NCBI GenBank assembly: GCA_043799385.1
Contig: JAZDNV010000017.1
Coordinates: 1 to 29,129 of the forward strand
Direction of reading: 5' to 3'
From: Candidatus Aenigmatarchaeota archaeon
GTDB lineage: Archaea; Aenigmatarchaeota; Aenigmatarchaeia; GW2011-AR5
DNA: 29,129 bases
Part shown: piece by piece, positions 24,344-29,129 of the stretch
How the letters are laid out: each line of letters starts with the position of its first letter
Position numbering within the stretch: position 1 is the stretch's first letter
Position numbers and translations under genes: made by a program
The notes under the pieces: model-generated
What the model saw: the letters and a program-made list of their open reading frames with translations, nothing else
Databases searched by the model: none
Told to the model about the DNA's origin: nothing

Positions 24344-26146
24344 ATGAGCGGCATAGCAGGCGTGTGCGACTTCTCAAAGGCGGTAGAAAAAAAAATGCTC
24401 AGAAATATGATAGGCATAATAAGGCACAGGGGAAAAGACGGGCTAAGCATCTTTATTGATGACAATATCGGTTTGGCTCATTGCCTGATGAGCATGGGTG
24501 AGAAAGCGAAACGGCCGATAATAAACGAGTCTGGCTCACTATTGCTAGTTTTTGACGGCTTGATATACAATCTCGATGAACTGAAATCAAAACTGAAAAA
24601 ACACCGGTTCTCTTCAAATGCGGAAGAGGAGGTTATCGTGCACCTCTACGAGGAATACGGCACTTCTGCAGTAAAAATGATTGATGGCGACTTTGCATTC
24701 GCTCTTTGGGACAATACTAAAAAAGAATTGATACTGGCAAGAGACGGTTTTGGAGCAAGGCCAATGTTCTATACTATCGTAGAAGGAAAGATTTTGTTCG
24801 CGTCCGAGATAAAATCGCTTCTGGCTGCCGGCATAAGAAGAGGCGTCAATATCGGCGTTTTCTACAGGTATTTCAACCACCTTGAAACCCAGGGTTCAGA
24901 AACAATGTTCGCTGGCGTGGAAAAGATACTCCCTGGGCAACTGATGGTTTACGGCAGGAATGGCATGAAATTGATGCAGTACTTGGATATATCGTTTTAT
25001 CCAAAAGTGCGATTATCTGAAGACGCGATTGTAAAGAAGACTTCAGCACTCTTGGACGAGAGCGTCTTGAAGAGGGTTAGGAAGAGCCGCAACTACGGCG
25101 TTGCCCTTTCAGGCGGGCTTGATGCCCTGTCGCTCATCACGCTGATTAAAAAAATCGACGATAGTAATATCGATACTTACACACTGGAATGCGGCCGCTC
25201 GTTGAATGAAGTTGAGAGCGCAAGGAAAATTGCCGAGTTCTTCGGGACAGACCACCACGAAATAACGATAGAACCTGAACACATAAATCTTTTACCCAAG
25301 ATATTCTGGCACGCTGAAGACGGTCGGCGCTTTGCAACGAGCTACCTTTTCGATTACATGCTTTCGCATTCTTCCAGAAAAAATAAAATACTATTTTACG
25401 GGTGGTCGTCCGAGGCCCTATTCGGCAACAAGATGTTCACATGGGTCAATAGAACGCGGCTTTTGAGGGAGATACCTCACGCCATAAGAAAGAGAGCGGT
25501 TTTTTTGAGAGGAGTTTTTCCAAAAAAGACGCATGCGTTCATATTTTCAAGGGACAGCAGCGAGTTGTTCATGCACTCTCCACTGTATTTTTTCACGGAA
25601 AATGAAAAACAAAAACTTTTCAAGCGCCATTTCAATCATGTTCGTACAAAAAAAAGAAATTCCCTAGAAGACTTTAACTATACAGTCTTCAAAAACCTGA
25701 CGCAGGGCGAGATGTACAGCGCAGACGGTCAGTGCAGCGCGAACGCGCAGCAATTCACCGCACCGTTTGTAGACAGGAATCTTGCTGATTTCGTCTGCAA
25801 AGTGCCGTCAAGCATGAGGTTCAGGGGCTATAAGCAGAAATACCTGCTCAAAAGATGCATGGAAAACAAGATACCGAAGGATTTGCTGAGCAACAAAGGT
25901 CCTGTCACGCTGCATTTCTACCTTCCGAAGTTGTGGTGCAAAGAGCACAAGGATATACTGCAGCAACTGATTCTCAGATTATCAAAGAGGGATTATTTCA
26001 TGAAGGGCGAGCTCTTGAAAATCCTGGAAGGCGCTGATGATAACTGCTTCAAGACATGGGAGCTTGCGAGGTTCGAGCTCTGGAACGAAATTTTCATCGA
26101 CTGCGAGAAGATAAAAGAGCCGAAATCATTGAAAGAGTTTTTATAA
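24344..26146 (+). CDS. asnB: Asparagine synthase (AsnB)-like amidotransferase/adenylyltransferase with a degenerate glutaminase domain
   Basis: MSGIAG, HRGKDG, FDGLIYN, GDFAFALWD, LARDGFG.RP, FASEIKSLL, ALSGGLDA, FGTDHHE, APFVD and KYLLK. The N-terminal nucleophile Cys is replaced by Ser. Confidence 0.85.
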   Translation: MSGIAGVCDFSKAVEKKMLRNMIGIIRHRGKDGLSIFIDDNIGLAHCLMSMGEKAKRPIINESGSLLLVFDGLIYNLDELKSKLKKHRFSSNAEEEVIVHLYEEYGTSAVKMIDGDFAFALWDNTKKELILARDGFGARPMFYTIVEGKILFASEIKSLLAAGIRRGVNIGVFYRYFNHLETQGSETMFAGVEKILPGQLMVYGRNGMKLMQYLDISFYPKVRLSEDAIVKKTSALLDESVLKRVRKSRNYGVALSGGLDALSLITLIKKIDDSNIDTYTLECGRSLNEVESARKIAEFFGTDHHEITIEPEHINLLPKIFWHAEDGRRFATSYLFDYMLSHSSRKNKILFYGWSSEALFGNKMFTWVNRTRLLREIPHAIRKRAVFLRGVFPKKTHAFIFSRDSSELFMHSPLYFFTENEKQKLFKRHFNHVRTKKRNSLEDFNYTVFKNLTQGEMYSADGQCSANAQQFTAPFVDRNLADFVCKVPSSMRFRGYKQKYLLKRCMENKIPKDLLSNKGPVTLHFYLPKLWCKEHKDILQQLILRLSKRDYFMKGELLKILEGADDNCFKTWELARFELWNEIFIDCEKIKEPKSLKEFL

Positions 26147-26148
26147 TG

Positions 26149-26976
26149 CTATTTCACAGCGACTATATTAATTAATTTATGATATCTGAACCTTGAATTC
26201 GAGTAATCATTCACGTATATCTTAGAGTAACCGACACTTCTCAAATCACTGCGGATAATATCGGACCTTAATTCTGAAACGACCCAAGAGTCATCCGAAA
26301 CAGCGGCTGTGATAATGCCCATATCTTCAGGTGTAGGCTCTAAACCGCACCTACGGGTAATCTTTTTCACTTCTTCTGCGAATTCATCCTTTTTATCACG
26401 GTCATAGCGTTTATTTCGCGCGCCGTCTGGGAGTTTTTCATCAATCGATTCGCGTGAATATCTTCCTTTCATATCTGAGAATTTATCAAGAATTTCGCAT
26501 GATATAGATGCTGCTATATACAACCCGTTTTTTTTCAGGACCCTATAAGCCTCCTCAAAGCTTGCCTTTCTCTCATCTCTGCAGAGATGATGAAGAAGAG
26601 CTATGCTCAGAATCTTGTTGAAGCGATTTTTTTCAAAATCCAATTTTAATGCGCTGCCACGCTTAACATTGCAACTTGGCAGTATGTCTGAACCGAGGGC
26701 ACTCTTTACAACGTCCCTTGCTCTACCGTAACTGTACTCCAAGCCCTTCCAGCTGTTATCTTCCCAGACATCATCCCTCATTACAATGTTGCTGTCGATT
26801 CCGTGAACTTCTGCGTCAGGAAACGTCTTCTTTACGGCAGCGATATCAACGCCGTATCCCATGGCGGTGTCCAGAACTATGGATTTGCTGCTGAACAAGT
26901 CCAGTTTAATATGGGGACTGACAGCCTTGCCGCGAATTAAAATGTGAGGTTTTAACGGTTCGACTATTATAGCCAT
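26149..26976 (-). CDS. Class I SAM-dependent methyltransferase
   Basis: Motif I VLDTAMGYG, VHGIDS, GSALKLDF....F and LLHHL...EAYRVLKKNG. ATG 26976 is preferred (the track starts at 26997). Confidence 0.8.
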   Translation of the reverse strand: MAIIVEPLKPHILIRGKAVSPHIKLDLFSSKSIVLDTAMGYGVDIAAVKKTFPDAEVHGIDSNIVMRDDVWEDNSWKGLEYSYGRARDVVKSALGSDILPSCNVKRGSALKLDFEKNRFNKILSIALLHHLCRDERKASFEEAYRVLKKNGLYIAASISCEILDKFSDMKGRYSRESIDEKLPDGARNKRYDRDKKDEFAEEVKKITRRCGLEPTPEDMGIITAAVSDDSWVVSELRSDIIRSDLRSVGYSKIYVNDYSNSRFRYHKLINIVAVK

Positions 26977-27040
26977 ACCGTCTATAAGTATACACAAAAC
27001 TTTTAAGAATACTGCCTGAATAAACTAAATTTTGATAAAA

Positions 27041-27700
27041 CTACGAATTCATTAATTTTTCGATATTTTTTCTCGCGTTTCTGCCATTTTTTATTACGCC
27101 CTTTATTTTTGCAGGCCTTTTTGAAAATAAGATAATCCTGTCACCGAGCAATGCAGCCTCTTCCATCGAGTGGGTAATAAAGAGCGTTGTCAACCTCCTT
27201 CTCTTGTGTATTTCTAGAATCTTCTTTTGTAGCGTTTTTCTTGTCATCGAATCCAGGGCACTCAACGGTTCGTCCATCACGAGCACTTCAGGTTCTGTTA
27301 TGAGAGTCCTGGCAAGCGCGACCCTTTGTTTCATGCCGCCTGATAGTTCAGACGGGTATGAGTCCTTGAAATCATGAAGGTCAACAAGCCTAAGCACTTC
27401 ATCAACATTTTCTTTGTCTATTTCCCTTTCCTGCAGGTCAATCCCTAGAATTATATTTTCACTGACTGTTCGCCAAGGCAATAATCGTGGTTCTTGAAAC
27501 ATTATGCCGATTCTGCCTTTTGTATAAACACTTCCATCATCATGTTGCAACAGGCCTGCAATAATCCTTGCTATCGTGGTCTTACCGCACCCGCTCGGGC
27601 CCAGTACAGTGACGAGTTCGCCCCTTTCCACCTTAAAGCTTATCTTATCAAGTATCTCAAGCTTGCCGAAACTTTTTGTCACGTTCTTGACATCAATCAT
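27041..27700 (-). CDS. ABC transporter ATP-binding protein, NitT/TauT (SsuB/TauB-like)
   Basis: GPSGCGKT, FQEPRLLPWRTV, YPSELSGGMKQR, MDEPLSALD and ITH. Confidence 0.93.
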   Translation of the reverse strand: MIDVKNVTKSFGKLEILDKISFKVERGELVTVLGPSGCGKTTIARIIAGLLQHDDGSVYTKGRIGIMFQEPRLLPWRTVSENIILGIDLQEREIDKENVDEVLRLVDLHDFKDSYPSELSGGMKQRVALARTLITEPEVLVMDEPLSALDSMTRKTLQKKILEIHKRRRLTTLFITHSMEEAALLGDRIILFSKRPAKIKGVIKNGRNARKNIEKLMNS

Positions 27701-28455
27701 ACCTTACCCTTTATTATTTTATTTTCTATATATTCAAAAATACCATGCTCAACGATGAGTATGAACAATCCTAGGAAGACGGTCCATGCCATAATCATGG
27801 AAACATTATAAAGCTCTGATGCAACACCCATCATGTACCCTATTCCGCTTGTCGTAGTGAATATCTCAGCCACTACTATGAACCTTACTATTGCACCGAA
27901 GCTTCCTCTGAAAGCAGCGAAAATATATGGATAGAGCAAAGGAAGAACAATATGCCTAAATATCCTCCTCGTTTTCTTTGTGAACGAGGTTCCGAGTTCT
28001 ATCAGGCTATTGTCAAGTTCCTTCATGCCCTGTGATATCGGTATGATGACGAATGGCAATCCGACCATGCTCGTGACGATTATAGGGGCGACAGGCTCTA
28101 GACCGAACCAGACCGCAAACAGCAGCACCCATACCATGGGCGGTACAGACTGGAACAGCGGGAATATCACAGCTTTGACAGCGTAATCTACCGGTTTTAT
28201 GTATCTAGGCAGGATACCGATGATGCAGCCTATAGCCATCGCTATAGGTACGGCTGCGCATATCCTTATTATGGTTACAGGAATCTGCTTTGAGGTTTTT
28301 TCGTGAGTTAATATAAATATGAATGAATTGAAAACATCAGCTGGTTTTGGGAGCCACGTCGAGTAGTACAACGACGCGACGATGTGCCACGATACGATAA
28401 AAATACATATACATATTATATAATAGATAAAACTTTTGTATTTGTCACTGTTCAT
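27697..28455 (-). CDS. ABC transporter permease, NitT/TauT (SsuC/TauC-like)
   Basis: LPKPADV, QSVPP, WFGL, EAA-like loop LIELGTSF...IFRHIVLP and VVAEIF...GIGY. Overlaps the ATPase start by 4 nt. Confidence 0.9.
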   Translation of the reverse strand: MNSDKYKSFIYYIICICIFIVSWHIVASLYYSTWLPKPADVFNSFIFILTHEKTSKQIPVTIIRICAAVPIAMAIGCIIGILPRYIKPVDYAVKAVIFPLFQSVPPMVWVLLFAVWFGLEPVAPIIVTSMVGLPFVIIPISQGMKELDNSLIELGTSFTKKTRRIFRHIVLPLLYPYIFAAFRGSFGAIVRFIVVAEIFTTTSGIGYMMGVASELYNVSMIMAWTVFLGLFILIVEHGIFEYIENKIIKGKV

Positions 28456-28466
28456 AACGATATTAA

Positions 28467-29129
28467 TTATCTAGACAAACTTTTAGAAAGCAGATGCTCA
28501 AGTTTATTCCTGTACGCATCTATTTCTTCTTTTTGCATGCCGGCGTAAACAGACTTTTCTGCAGCATTAGGGCAGTAATCGCAGCGTTTGCATTCATTTT
28601 TGCAGTTACCATCAATAAAGAAATTAATGAATCCGTCCAGCTTTTTGTTGTCTATATAGAAGGGCGGCTTATCGGTTTCTATGAACGTATTCTCTAATAA
28701 ATCTATCAGGTTTCCGTCATAGCAGCCGGTTGAGTAGGCTTTCGCACAGCGCAGAAGCCATTCAGTTGATTTCTCCCTTCCAGCTATCTTGAACCATTCG
28801 ATTCCTGCTTTTTCAAATATATGAACGTCTTCTGGTCGAATCCAGCCGCTCTTTATCAGTTCCGTTGGCTCCAGTCGCTTCATGCTGCATTTCAGGCGAG
28901 GATAATCTACGTAATCCATCCTCATGTCATCTTGAGAAAAATGCCCGCCAAGAGACGCATGATAATAGTTTATCGGGCATTCCCATAGACAGCCAAGATT
29001 GACTATCGTTTCCAGTTCGCAATCGACATTCCTTCTCAACTTCTCTAGTGCAGCAAGCATGCGGTTGAAATTCGGCGGCAGCGTTATGCGTTCGACGCCT
29101 ATATCTTCAAAATATTTCGCTGTGTTTGC
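28467..29129 (-). CDS. Peptidase U32 family (Fe-S) protein, C-terminal part; 5' end lies beyond the window
   Basis: Frame is open to the window end (AKYFEDIGVERITLPPNFNR...). IVNLGCLWECP...H, C..KR..P.ELIKSGWIRPED, FKIAGRE and C-terminal CKNECKRCDYC. Confidence 0.85.
   Translation of the reverse strand, partial: ANTAKYFEDIGVERITLPPNFNRMLAALEKLRRNVDCELETIVNLGCLWECPINYYHASLGGHFSQDDMRMDYVDYPRLKCSMKRLEPTELIKSGWIRPEDVHIFEKAGIEWFKIAGREKSTEWLLRCAKAYSTGCYDGNLIDLLENTFIETDKPPFYIDNKKLDGFINFFIDGNCKNECKRCDYCPNAAEKSVYAGMQKEEIDAYRNKLEHLLSKSLSR

Noticed and set aside
24344..26146. Lasso peptide gene cluster
   Set aside because: No B1/B2 (RRE/transglutaminase-like) genes or lasso precursor nearby. Only the degenerate AsnB fold is present.

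Overview
Archaeal window, most likely from a DPANN-type lineage (inferred from TATA-like boxes about 25 nt upstream of many start codons, ribosomal protein eS26, an archaeal A24 prepilin peptidase and an archaeal type IV pilus ATPase/KaiC/TadC set). It has three blocks. (1) About 1-7.6 kb: an atypical His-Xaa-Ser (Hxs) RiPP-like locus. It holds two HxsD-like genes, the HxsB radical SAM enzyme and a 125-aa precursor with three HxS motifs plus a 13-Cys C-T-T-x repeat tail. It also holds a second convergent radical SAM/SPASM enzyme, two paralogous membrane-anchored 8-Cys proteins, a GT4 glycosyltransferase and a divergent A24 peptidase. No HxsC is visible in the window. (2) About 7.7-16.7 kb: a surface/type IV pilus region with a large Cys-rich secreted protein, eS26 overlapping the pilus ATPase, a KaiC-like ATPase, two TadC-like proteins and a Gly-rich secreted protein. 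(3) About 17.3-29.1 kb: a tailoring-enzyme cluster with GT2, AlkP phosphodiesterase, PaaK-like ligase, two radical SAM enzymes, DegT aminotransferase, an AsnB-like protein lacking the catalytic Cys, a methyltransferase, a NitT/TauT ABC transporter and a U32 protein. I saw no rRNA, tRNA, CRISPR or mobile element. Family calls come from motif recognition only; no database searches were run.
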